From Candidatus Aminicenantes bacterium (GTDB lineage Bacteria > Acidobacteriota > Aminicenantia > S016-38): DNA of 64,000 bases. Location: contig JALSNJ010000040.1 of the NCBI GenBank assembly GCA_026987025.1, forward strand, positions 16,451-80,450, written 5' to 3'. Both the position numbers and the translations under genes were made by a program. How positions within the stretch are numbered: position 1 is the first letter of the stretch; each line of letters begins with the position of its first letter. Below the pieces are notes generated by a model. It did no database searches and was not told the DNA's origin. It saw only the letters and a program-made list of their open reading frames with translations. This document shows positions 17,281 through 26,734 of the stretch, piece after piece.

Positions 17281-19618
17281 AAAGGTGGAAGTCCCGGAAA
17301 GAATCCCGGTGCTGGCGGTGAGGGATGTGGTTATCTTCCCTCACATGATAGTTCCGCTTTTCGTCAAAAGGGACAAATCGGTGAAGGCCATAAACGAAAG
17401 TCTATCCACCCACAGGAAGATTTTGCTCCTGACTCAGAAGGACCCGGAAATAGAGGAGCCCGGGCCGGAGGACCTTTTCAGGGTGGGGACCGTTTCCATG
17501 ATTTCCAAGATGATCACCCTTCCCGATGGGACCCTGAGGGTTCTTTTTCAGGGTCTGGCCAGGGCCAGAGTTAAAAAAGTGGAAACTGAGGGGCAATACA
17601 TAGAGGCGGAGATTGAGGTGGTGGAGGAGAGGATTGAGGGGAGGAGCGAGGTAGAGGTGGAAGCCCTCAAAAGGAGCCTGAAGGCTGCCCTTGAGAAAAT
17701 AGTAGAGCTTGGGGGCAAAAACCTGACGCCGGATTTCCTCATGTTTATAGGGCGAATAGAGGACCCAGGTAAGCTGGCGGACCTGATAGTGGCCAATCTC
17801 GGGATAAAGACTGAGGAGGCCCAGCAGGTTCTGGAGATTTTCTATCCGGTGGAGAGGATGAAAAAGGTTCTGGAAATTTTGGAAAGGGAAATACAGCTCC
17901 TCCAGGTGCAGAAGGAAATAATGGAGGATACGAAAAAGCGTATGGATAAGATGCAGAGGGAGTTTTTCCTTCGCCAGCAGCTTCAGTCAATACAGAAGGA
18001 GCTGGGTATAGGCTCTGAGCTTGCTGAGGAGATAAAGGAATACAGGGAGAAGCTGGCGAAAATAAAGAAGATGAGCCCTGAGGCCAAGGAGGAGGTGGAA
18101 AAGCAAATATCCCGCCTGGAAAAGCTTCCCCCTGACAGCGCCGAGGCAGGGGTGATAAGAACCTATCTTGACTGGATGCTCTCCCTCCCTTGGGACAGGT
18201 CCACCAAGGACAACCTGGACATAAAGAGGGCAAAGAGAATACTTGACGAGGACCATTATAACCTGGAGAAGGTTAAGGAAAGGATCCTTGAATACCTCAG
18301 CGTCAGGAAGCTTGCTAAGAAAATGAAGGGGCCCATCCTCTGTTTCGTAGGGCCTCCGGGGGTAGGTAAAACCTCCCTGGGAAAGTCCATAGCCCGGGCC
18401 CTGGGAAGAAAATTCGTAAGGGTCTCCTTAGGAGGGGTTAGAGACGAAGCCGAAATAAGGGGGCATCGCAGGACATATGTGGGGGCCCTTCCGGGCAGGA
18501 TAATTCAGGGAATCCGCCAGGCCGGTTCCAACAATCCGGTTTTTATGCTGGACGAGGTGGATAAAATAGGGGCCGACTTTCGGGGAGACCCTTCCTCTGC
18601 CCTCTTAGAGGTCCTGGACCCTGAGCAAAACCACTCCTTCGTGGACCACTACCTGGGGGTTCCCTTTGACCTATCCAAGGTTCTGTTTATAGCCACAGCC
18701 AATGTTACCCATACCATACATCCGGCCTTCCTTGACAGGATGGAGGTCATATACCTTCCCGGTTATACTGAAGAGGAGAAACTGCACATAGCCAGGAAAT
18801 TTCTTATACCCAAGCAGATGAAGGAAAACGGTATAAAGCTGGGTATGCTTCAGATAAGCGACGATGCCGTCAGGAAAATAATCTCCGAATACACCAGGGA
18901 GGCCGGCGTCAGGAACTTAGAGAGGCAGATTGCGGCTGTTATGAGGAAGGTGGCCCGGAGATGGGCCGAAGGCAAGAGGAAAAAAGTGAGGGTTACCGCC
19001 AGAAACCTTCACAGATTCCTGGGTCCCCCCTTGGGTTTCAGGGACGAGGCCCTGCCTGAACCTAAGGTGGGGGTGGCCACCGGGGTGGCCTGGACTCCCA
19101 CCGGGGGCGAGCTTCTTTTCGTAGAATCCATAAAAATGCCGGGAAAGGGGGATATAAAACTTACCGGTTCGCTGGGAGATGTGTTGAAAGAGTCAGCCAT
19201 GGCGGCCATGAGCTACATAAAGGCCAACGCCGAAAGGTTCGGCATAGATCCCGAAGAATTTACCAAAAGCGATGTCCACATCCATATACCCCAGGGGGCC
19301 ATTCCCAAGGACGGACCCTCCGCCGGGGTGGCCATCGTGGCTTCCTTGGTTTCCCTGTTCACCTCCAGGCCGGTGCGAAACGATGTGGCCATGACCGGAG
19401 AAATCACCCTGAGGGGAAGTGTTCTTCCCATTGGAGGGCTGAAGGAAAAGATATTGGCGGCCAAGAGAAGCAAAATACACACCTTCATATTGCCCTCAAA
19501 GAACATGAAGGATGTGGAGGACCTTCCCAAATATGTAAAGGAGAAGATGAAGCTGATCCCCGTGGAAACCGTGGAGGAGGTTTTAAAGGTAGTTCTTCTT
19601 GATGAGAAGCGAGGATGA
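17273..19618 (+). CDS. lon: ATP-dependent protease Lon (LonA)
   Basis: 781 aa with a Lon N-terminal domain, an AAA+ module (GPPGVGKTS) and a proteolytic domain with the catalytic Ser in DGPSAG. Confidence 0.95.
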   Translation: MSEKVEVPERIPVLAVRDVVIFPHMIVPLFVKRDKSVKAINESLSTHRKILLLTQKDPEIEEPGPEDLFRVGTVSMISKMITLPDGTLRVLFQGLARARVKKVETEGQYIEAEIEVVEERIEGRSEVEVEALKRSLKAALEKIVELGGKNLTPDFLMFIGRIEDPGKLADLIVANLGIKTEEAQQVLEIFYPVERMKKVLEILEREIQLLQVQKEIMEDTKKRMDKMQREFFLRQQLQSIQKELGIGSELAEEIKEYREKLAKIKKMSPEAKEEVEKQISRLEKLPPDSAEAGVIRTYLDWMLSLPWDRSTKDNLDIKRAKRILDEDHYNLEKVKERILEYLSVRKLAKKMKGPILCFVGPPGVGKTSLGKSIARALGRKFVRVSLGGVRDEAEIRGHRRTYVGALPGRIIQGIRQAGSNNPVFMLDEVDKIGADFRGDPSSALLEVLDPEQNHSFVDHYLGVPFDLSKVLFIATANVTHTIHPAFLDRMEVIYLPGYTEEEKLHIARKFLIPKQMKENGIKLGMLQISDDAVRKIISEYTREAGVRNLERQIAAVMRKVARRWAEGKRKKVRVTARNLHRFLGPPLGFRDEALPEPKVGVATGVAWTPTGGELLFVESIKMPGKGDIKLTGSLGDVLKESAMAAMSYIKANAERFGIDPEEFTKSDVHIHIPQGAIPKDGPSAGVAIVASLVSLFTSRPVRNDVAMTGEITLRGSVLPIGGLKEKILAAKRSKIHTFILPSKNMKDVEDLPKYVKEKMKLIPVETVEEVLKVVLLDEKRG

Positions 19619-20495
19619 AATAATAGAACTCCTTAGAAGAAGATTTCCGCCCGGCAAGGTCCAGGTGGGGATCGGGGACGATGCGGCGGTATTCGGGGAT
19701 TTGGTTTTTACCTCCGACATGCTGGTGGAGGGAACCCATTTTCTTAGGGAACACCCTCCCTTTTTCTTAGGAAGGAAGTCGGTTAATGTGAACCTCAGCG
19801 ACCTGGCAGCCATGGGGGCAGAGCCCCTTTTTATATTGATGGACCTTGCCCTTCCCCGAAGGCTTACCTCCTCCTGGCTGGACGAGTTCCTGAATGGGGT
19901 GGAATCTGCTTGCTGCGAGGCCGGATGCAGCTTAGTGGGAGGGGACATCTCCTCTTCGGAGAGCCTCTTCGTATCGGTTGCTGCCGTGGGAAGGGCTGAA
20001 GCTCCGGTTTTAAGGGGGAAGGCAAGGAAGGGGGAGGGGATTTACCTCGTGGGGGACCTCGGCCTTTCCAGGGCCGGAAGGGAGGCCATAGAGGAAAAAT
20101 TGGAGGGGTTTCAGACTTTAAAGAGGGCCTTCTGGGACCCAAAGCCCAGGCTGGAGGAAGGCAAGCGGGTAGCGAAGTTCGCCTCTTCCATGATAGATGT
20201 GAGCGATGGTTTCGTCCTGGACCTTAAAAAATTGCTTCAGGATAAGGGGGCCCTTTTGTTCGCAGAAAAATTCCCTATCCACCCGGAGCTTAGAGAATAT
20301 TGCAGGCTCAAAGGCTCTTCCCCCTTGGATTATGTCCTTTACGGGGGAGAGGACTACGCGCTGGTTTATACCGCAGAAAGGGGAGTGGGACCAGGGGTTA
20401 TGGTTGGGAAGGTTACCGGAGATGGAGTTATAAGACTGGATGGAAAGGTCCTCTCCGTCAAGGGATTTTCCCATTTTATGGAAAACTCCGGTTAA
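19599..20495 (+). CDS. thiL: Thiamine-monophosphate kinase
   Basis: IGDDAAV...DMLVEGTHF and an AIR-synthase-related fold. Confidence 0.8.
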   Translation: MMRSEDEIIELLRRRFPPGKVQVGIGDDAAVFGDLVFTSDMLVEGTHFLREHPPFFLGRKSVNVNLSDLAAMGAEPLFILMDLALPRRLTSSWLDEFLNGVESACCEAGCSLVGGDISSSESLFVSVAAVGRAEAPVLRGKARKGEGIYLVGDLGLSRAGREAIEEKLEGFQTLKRAFWDPKPRLEEGKRVAKFASSMIDVSDGFVLDLKKLLQDKGALLFAEKFPIHPELREYCRLKGSSPLDYVLYGGEDYALVYTAERGVGPGVMVGKVTGDGVIRLDGKVLSVKGFSHFMENSG

Positions 20496-20548
20496 AGTTC
20501 TAAAATATAAGAGGAAGTTTTATCTTTTAATTTTTTTAGGAGGAGAAA

Positions 20549-22009
20549 ATGAGGCGTTTTTGGGGTTTGTGGTTTATCCTCCTGTGGGTTAATCTGGCCT
20601 TTCCAAGGATTTTGAACTACCCCCGGGGCCAGGATATCGTGCATCTGGATCCCGCAGCCCAATGGAACAACTACACTTCGGAGGTCCTGGCCAATGTTTA
20701 CGAGGGACTGGTGGAGTTCAAGGGTGAGAGGTACAAAGTTTCTCCTCTGCTGGCAGAGAGATGGGAGATGATGGAAGGGGGGAGGGTCTGGAGATTTTAC
20801 CTTAGGCGGGGGATAAGGTTTCATGATGGGAGTCCCTTCAACGCCGATAGCGTGGTATTTACCTTCAAAAGGCAGAAGGGGACTTCCTTTGAAGCTAAGA
20901 GATCTTTAATGCCCTTTCTTAAAGATGTAAGGAAGGTGGACGACTACACGGTGGACTTCGAGCTTGCGGTGCCCTGCGTACTTTTTCCTTACATACTGGC
21001 CAATCCCTTTGCCTACATAGTGAAGCCTTATAAGGATAAGTTTCTCCCCATAGGGACAGGACCCTTCAAGGTGGAGAGCTGGGTGAGGGGAAAATTTGTT
21101 CTTTTGAAGGCCAACCGGTTCTACTGGAGAGGAAGACCCCGTATAGAAGGGGTAAGGTTTTATGTGGTCAGGAACCCTTACCTCAGGGTTTTACAGCTCA
21201 GAAACGGCAATGCCGATGTGCTGAGCAGACTTTCCAGGAAGGAATACGAGGACCTCAAGAACGACCCTAGGATAGACATCCTCAAATTTCCGGTGCTGGA
21301 CCTTAATTACATAACCTTTAATGTGAAGAAACCCCCCTTTAACGACATAAGGGTGAGGAAGGCCATAACATATCTGATAAACAGGGAAAGGCTGGTAAGG
21401 GTGGTTTTTGGAGACCTGGCGGAGCCCGTAACCCTACCCCTTCCCCCATCCCTTCTGGATAAAAAGGACTACATGGAGGTTCCGAAATATGACCCTGAGG
21501 CGGCCAGGAAACTGCTGCGGGAAGCAGGCTATAAAAATGGGCTGAAGTGCACCTTGTATTACCTGGTGGGCAGTCCTTACGGAGATGTGGCCAATGCCCT
21601 GTCCAGGTCCCTGTTGGAAGCAGGGGTTATAATTAAGCCCGTAGCTTTGCCCTACAAGGTTCTGACGAGGAGGGTGATAAAAGGGGACTTTGAAATGGCC
21701 ATAGGTGGTTGGGTGGCGGATTATCCCGAGGCCGGGAATTTTCTCTATTCCATTATGTTCCCCTTATCCCCCAGGGTAACTTACATGTCCTTACCGCAGG
21801 CCAAGGAATTGCTTTTAAGGGCCAGAGGGACCTTGGACGAGGAAAAGAGGAGGGAACTTTACGCCCAGGTGGTTAAGATTATTTTGAAAAACTATCTAAC
21901 AATACCCCTTTATCGCTCCTACCTCCTGGTGGCATACAGGAAAGGTATTAAAGGGATAGAAATAAATCCCAAGGGTTATTTAATTTTTTACAAGGTTAGG
22001 GTGAAATGA
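20549..22009 (+). CDS. Family-5 (peptide/nickel-type) periplasmic solute-binding protein, signal peptide present
   Basis: 486 aa. The SBP_bac_5 signature is WRFYLRRGIRFHDGSPFNADSVVFTF, preceded by an N-terminal signal sequence (MRRFWGLWFILLWVNLAFP). Confidence 0.8.
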   Translation: MRRFWGLWFILLWVNLAFPRILNYPRGQDIVHLDPAAQWNNYTSEVLANVYEGLVEFKGERYKVSPLLAERWEMMEGGRVWRFYLRRGIRFHDGSPFNADSVVFTFKRQKGTSFEAKRSLMPFLKDVRKVDDYTVDFELAVPCVLFPYILANPFAYIVKPYKDKFLPIGTGPFKVESWVRGKFVLLKANRFYWRGRPRIEGVRFYVVRNPYLRVLQLRNGNADVLSRLSRKEYEDLKNDPRIDILKFPVLDLNYITFNVKKPPFNDIRVRKAITYLINRERLVRVVFGDLAEPVTLPLPPSLLDKKDYMEVPKYDPEAARKLLREAGYKNGLKCTLYYLVGSPYGDVANALSRSLLEAGVIIKPVALPYKVLTRRVIKGDFEMAIGGWVADYPEAGNFLYSIMFPLSPRVTYMSLPQAKELLLRARGTLDEEKRRELYAQVVKIILKNYLTIPLYRSYLLVAYRKGIKGIEINPKGYLIFYKVRVK

Positions 22010-23454
22010 GGGGATTTATTCTTTTTCTAACGCTCGCAGGGAGCCTTCTGGGAAAAACCCTTTACTTCGGCGTGAGGGGGGAACCAGTATCCCTTGACCC
22101 CGCGGCCCAATGGGAGGATGTATCCTCCATGGTGGTTTCCAATATTTTTGAGACCCTGGTGGAGGTAAAGCCCGGTAGCTTAGAGATAATGCCTAAATTG
22201 GCCGTCAGGTGGGAAAGGTCTAAAGATGGGAAGAAATGGGTTTTTTACCTAAGGCCCGGGGTGAAGTTCAGCAACGGCCAGCCCCTTACCTCCAGGGAGG
22301 TGGTTTACAGCTTCAAGAGGCTTCTAAAAATGCCCCCCGGAAGGTTTCTTTTTCCCTACATAAAGGAGATCAAGGCCCTGGGGAAGAACAGGGTGGTCTT
22401 CCTTCTTAAGAGGGAATTTTCTCCTTTCCTCCATCTGCTCACGGTGACCCAGGCCTCGGTAATTTACCCATCCAGAGGAGAATTAGGGTTTTTGGGAACA
22501 GGGCCCTATTATGTGAGCCTCTGGCAGAAGGGCAAGAGGATGGTGCTCAAGAGAAACCCCTTTTACTGGGGGAGGATGGGGAACATAGACAAGGTGGTTA
22601 TGCTCTTTTCCCTTTCCATGGATTCTATCTATTCTCTCCTTCTCAGGGATAAGCTGGACCTTACCAACGGCATATCCATGTCCAGGGTGGAGGCCCTTCG
22701 CAATTCAGGAAGGTTTTACCTTTTGTCTTCTCCGGTCCTTTCCTTAGAATACCTCGTTTTTAACCCTGAGGACCCGTGGGCAAAGAAGGGTTTCGTCAGG
22801 GAGGCCCTTTCCTACATATGGAACAGCCGCTGGGTCAGACTTTCCTTCGGCAACTACAGGGAACCCGCCTGCAGGATAATTCCCTTTTCTTCCAGGAGAT
22901 GCCCCTTCGGATATCAGCCCCGGAAAGCCAGGGCTCTGCTCAGAAAAAACAAAGTCTTCGGGAGAGTGAAGTTGAGCCTGGTATACCCTGACGATGCCCT
23001 CTACGCTAAACTCCTGCTTCCCTTTGTCAACGAGGCCAAGAAAATAGGGATAAACATCAAATTGGTGCCGGTGAGGAGCGGGAGGGAATTGGATGAGATT
23101 TATCGCCGGAGAAAATATTCACTCTCCCTTTTTACCTGGATCTGGGATTATCCGGAACCCTACAATATACTTTCCTTTTTGCTTTCAGGCGAGAAGGTCC
23201 TGACCAGCTATCCCACCATATCATCCTTTCAGGGAGTTAAACTCCTCAGGAATACCCTGGAGGAGGCTCTGTCCATGGACACCTCCCGGCAGAGAAGGGC
23301 CGTTTACGAAAGGGTGGAGGGGGAAATTCTCAGAAAAAGGTGGATTATACCGGTATCGTATCTTAAGGTTTCCCTTTTTGTGAATAGAAGGATAAAGGGG
23401 ATTAAGGTTGATCCCACCGGCCTCGTCAGATTAGGGGAGATCTTCAAGGAATGA
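22006..23454 (+). CDS. Second family-5 solute-binding protein paralog
   Basis: 482 aa with WVFYLRPGVKFSNGQPLTSREVVYSF and a signal peptide. Its 4-bp overlaps with both neighbours are consistent with a single operon. Confidence 0.75.
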   Translation: MRGFILFLTLAGSLLGKTLYFGVRGEPVSLDPAAQWEDVSSMVVSNIFETLVEVKPGSLEIMPKLAVRWERSKDGKKWVFYLRPGVKFSNGQPLTSREVVYSFKRLLKMPPGRFLFPYIKEIKALGKNRVVFLLKREFSPFLHLLTVTQASVIYPSRGELGFLGTGPYYVSLWQKGKRMVLKRNPFYWGRMGNIDKVVMLFSLSMDSIYSLLLRDKLDLTNGISMSRVEALRNSGRFYLLSSPVLSLEYLVFNPEDPWAKKGFVREALSYIWNSRWVRLSFGNYREPACRIIPFSSRRCPFGYQPRKARALLRKNKVFGRVKLSLVYPDDALYAKLLLPFVNEAKKIGINIKLVPVRSGRELDEIYRRRKYSLSLFTWIWDYPEPYNILSFLLSGEKVLTSYPTISSFQGVKLLRNTLEEALSMDTSRQRRAVYERVEGEILRKRWIIPVSYLKVSLFVNRRIKGIKVDPTGLVRLGEIFKE

Positions 23455-25538
23455 AGATCAAATTAAAGCTGATATTGTTTTCTCTGTTCATCATATTTCT
23501 TTCCCTTTCCTTCATCACCGGTTTATTTGTGTTCAAGCTCAGAAGCAGCTTAAAAAAGACAGAAATAGAACACCTTTCAGTTTCCCTGCGAAGGGCCGAA
23601 AGTCTCTTTTACGATTACCTTGCCCAGCTAAACAGAATAGCCACCTTTCTCTCTGAGACGAAGGAAATTTCCGACAATATTGAGAATCCTGAGGTCATGG
23701 GGATTTACCTTCAGCAAAAGGATCTTCTTTTTCCCTCTGGCTCAGTAATAATTTTCAACGAAAGGGGAGATCGTCTTCTTTCCTACAGGGCGGATTCTTC
23801 TCCATGTCCCTTTGAGATTAAGCCCTATTTGAAGTCCAGCCAGGGAATCCTAAGGTTGAGCGGGGTAAAGGAGATGGGGAAGAGCCTTTGCTTTATTTCC
23901 TTGGCACCCATTGTTAATCCCAATTCCTTAGAAGTTAAAGGGTATCTGCTCATAGAAAGGCACATAGATTCCGACTTCGCCGATTACCTGAAGGAAAGGG
24001 TAAGGGAGGAGATCTTCCTTTTTGACAGGACGGGAGATTTCCTGGGGTCTACCTATATTGGAAAGGAGGGAGACAGGATTTTCCCCTCCAGAATGAAAAG
24101 GGAAAGCTGGGGTTGGGTGGGTTACATTGAAGGGCGACCGTATTTTCTAAAGGAAACGCTCATAAGGTGCATGGACGGAAGTGCATGCGGGAAAATTTTA
24201 ATAGGGAAGGAAGAGACGAGAATGGTGGCCCTTCTAAAAAGCTCCGTAAACTATGCCCTCATCGCTTTTTTAGTGGACTTCGCCTTTGCCTTCCTTCTTA
24301 CGATTTTGCTGGGAAATCACTTTACGAAGCCCATAGGACTTCTCTCCGAGGCCGGGCAAAGATGGGCTAAGGGGGCCCTGGATTACAGGTTAAACCTTCA
24401 GAGGAGGGACGAATTCGGCCATCTGGCCAGCGTCTTCAACTACATGGCAGAAGAAATAAAGGTAAAACACGAAGAGCTCCGCAGGACCAAGGCCTTTTAT
24501 CAGACCATAATAGACAGCAACCCGGTGGGGGTGATTGCCTGTGAACCCTCCGGCAGGGTGGTGAGCCTCAACAGGGCCGCCCAAAGGATCTTTTCCGGGA
24601 ACCTGAAGGAGGGGGAAAACCTTTTTGCGATAAAGGGGCTTGAGGGGATAAGGGAAAAATTTACCAGGGCCCTTCTGGAAGGAAAGGCTCAGGAAGCCTT
24701 CGGGGTGGAGGCTGAGGTTCCTGCAAGGAAAATGGTTTTGAAGCTTCTCATGTATCCCGTTCAAAGGGAGGAGGAGCTACTGCTCATAGTTCAGGCCGAG
24801 GATATTACCCGGAAAAGGGAGATGGAGCAAGAACTTTATCACCTGAGGAAGCAGGCTCTTTTAGGAACCCGACTTAGCTCCTACGCCCACGATATAAACA
24901 ACTATTTAACCACCATATTGGGATACCTTGAAATAATGGATTTAAAGGTGGCGGACCCCTCCCTGAAGGAGGAACTTCAACGGGTAAAGAAAACCACCAG
25001 AGCAGCGGCTAAACTTTCCAGGTCCATTCTTGACTTTTCCAAGGAAAAAATGAAGAAGGAGGTGGTGAACCTCAACGATGTGGTGGAGTCCACCCTGGAT
25101 TTCGTAAAAAGGCTTCTTCCCCGAAAAATAGAAATAGAATTCAATAAGGAAGGAGATGGATTCAGAGTCCTGGGGGATCCCAGTAAAATTTCCGTGGGCC
25201 TTTACAATCTTCTTATTAACTCCATAGATGCCATCATGGCTTCGGGAAAGGAAAGGGGAAAAATAAAGGTTAAGGTTGGGGCCGAGTTCGATCCCAGCTC
25301 AGGAGAACATGTGGCCAAATTGGTGGTGGAGGACAACGGCACAGGGATAAGGCAGGAGAACCTGGATAAAATCTTTGAGCCCTATTTCACCACCAAAGGA
25401 AGCGAGGGAACGGGCCTTGGACTTTACATGGTAAGAAATATGGTGGAGGAGATGGGAGGAAAGATAACGGTGGAAAGCAAGCCTGGAGAATGGGCAAGGT
25501 TTACCCTTATGTTCCCCCTGTGGAGGGGAAGGGGCTAA
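23451..25538 (+). CDS. Membrane sensor histidine kinase (periplasmic sensor domain, HAMP, PAS, HisKA, HATPase_c)
   Basis: 695 aa. TM1 is at residues ~5-27, a periplasmic region of ~230 aa follows, and TM2 is at ~262-285. Then come a HAMP domain (HLASVFNYMAEEIK), a PAS domain, an H-box (SYAHDINNYLTTILGYLEI) and G-boxes (DNGTGI / GTGLGL). Confidence 0.85.
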   Translation: MKIKLKLILFSLFIIFLSLSFITGLFVFKLRSSLKKTEIEHLSVSLRRAESLFYDYLAQLNRIATFLSETKEISDNIENPEVMGIYLQQKDLLFPSGSVIIFNERGDRLLSYRADSSPCPFEIKPYLKSSQGILRLSGVKEMGKSLCFISLAPIVNPNSLEVKGYLLIERHIDSDFADYLKERVREEIFLFDRTGDFLGSTYIGKEGDRIFPSRMKRESWGWVGYIEGRPYFLKETLIRCMDGSACGKILIGKEETRMVALLKSSVNYALIAFLVDFAFAFLLTILLGNHFTKPIGLLSEAGQRWAKGALDYRLNLQRRDEFGHLASVFNYMAEEIKVKHEELRRTKAFYQTIIDSNPVGVIACEPSGRVVSLNRAAQRIFSGNLKEGENLFAIKGLEGIREKFTRALLEGKAQEAFGVEAEVPARKMVLKLLMYPVQREEELLLIVQAEDITRKREMEQELYHLRKQALLGTRLSSYAHDINNYLTTILGYLEIMDLKVADPSLKEELQRVKKTTRAAAKLSRSILDFSKEKMKKEVVNLNDVVESTLDFVKRLLPRKIEIEFNKEGDGFRVLGDPSKISVGLYNLLINSIDAIMASGKERGKIKVKVGAEFDPSSGEHVAKLVVEDNGTGIRQENLDKIFEPYFTTKGSEGTGLGLYMVRNMVEEMGGKITVESKPGEWARFTLMFPLWRGRG

Positions 25539-25849
25539 CCGGTGCAGCTTTCCTCAAGCCATTTAAGGTACGCCTCGCTCCCCTGGCTTATGGGAATCGC
25601 CACGATCTGCGGAACCTCGTAAGGGTGGTTTTCCTTTAAAAAAGCCTCAACCTCAGAATATAGACTCTGCTTCGTTTTTATTAGGCAGAGAAATTCCCCG
25701 CTTTTTTCCACCCTTCCTTTCCATCGGTATATGCTGGTGATGGGGCCCAGGATTTGCACGCAGGCGGCCAATCTCCTTTCCACAAGCGCAGCACCGATTT
25801 TTTCCCCATCCTCCCTTTTCTCCAGGGTGGTGAGAACTATTACAAACAT
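25535..25849 (-). CDS. cutA: Divalent-cation tolerance protein CutA
   Basis: 104 aa with a CutA1 fold consensus (VIVLTTLEKREDGEKIGAALVERRLAACVQI...PYEVP). Confidence 0.8.
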   Translation of the reverse strand: MFVIVLTTLEKREDGEKIGAALVERRLAACVQILGPITSIYRWKGRVEKSGEFLCLIKTKQSLYSEVEAFLKENHPYEVPQIVAIPISQGSEAYLKWLEESCTG

Positions 25850-25858
25850 CCCAACCTC

Positions 25859-26734
25859 CTACTGATTTTCCAGAAGGGTCAAGACTGCCGGGTCATCCCT
25901 CCATCCCCTCTTTACCTTGACCACAAGCTCCAGGTATATTTTCTTGCCGAAAATGAATTCCAGCTCCTCCCTGGCCCTTTTACCCACTATTTTGAGATTT
26001 TCCCCTCCCTTTCCTATGACTATTTTCTTGTGATTCTCCTTCTCCACAAAAACCGTGGCATAGATGTAAAGCAGCTCCCCCCTGTCTTCCATTTCCTCTA
26101 CCAGGACCCCCACCGAGTAAGGGAGCTCTGCCCGCAGGCGATGAAGCAGTTTTTCCCTGATTATTTCGGAAACCAGGAACCTGTCCGATATGTTGGTTAC
26201 GGTCTGTGGCGGGAAAAGAGGTTCTCCTTCAGGTAGATACTTATAGATCAGGTCCTCAAGAAGATCCAGGTTAGTTCCCCTGTAGGCGGAGATGGGGACT
26301 ATTTCTTTGAATTCCAGCAGGTCCTTGTAAAGGTCTATAACCGGAAGTATTTTCCCCTTGGAGACGAGGTCTATTTTATTTATGAGCAGAAATTTATCTG
26401 GCTTAACCTCCTTCAGCATGTTGACCACGAACTCGTCGCCCTTCCCAAAGGGCTGGGTTATGTCTATCATTAAGAGGATAAGGTCGGTGTCCCTTAAAGA
26501 TTCGTAAACCCTTTCCATCATCAATTCGTTCAGCTTGTGCAGGGGGCGATGTATGCCGGGATTGTCCATGAAAATTATCTGACCCTTATCTGTGGTTTTG
26601 ATCCCCAGAATCCTATGCCTGGTGGTCTGAGGGGTAGGGGAAACGATGGTCACCTTTCTACCCAGCATGGCGTTGAGCAGGGTGGATTTTCCCACATTGG
26701 GCCTTCCTATTATGGACACGAAGCCTGCCTTCAT
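25859..26734 (-). CDS. era: GTPase Era
   Basis: GFVSIIGRPNVGKSTLLN as the G1 motif, DTPG and a C-terminal KH domain. Confidence 0.95.
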   Translation of the reverse strand: MKAGFVSIIGRPNVGKSTLLNAMLGRKVTIVSPTPQTTRHRILGIKTTDKGQIIFMDNPGIHRPLHKLNELMMERVYESLRDTDLILLMIDITQPFGKGDEFVVNMLKEVKPDKFLLINKIDLVSKGKILPVIDLYKDLLEFKEIVPISAYRGTNLDLLEDLIYKYLPEGEPLFPPQTVTNISDRFLVSEIIREKLLHRLRAELPYSVGVLVEEMEDRGELLYIYATVFVEKENHKKIVIGKGGENLKIVGKRAREELEFIFGKKIYLELVVKVKRGWRDDPAVLTLLENQ

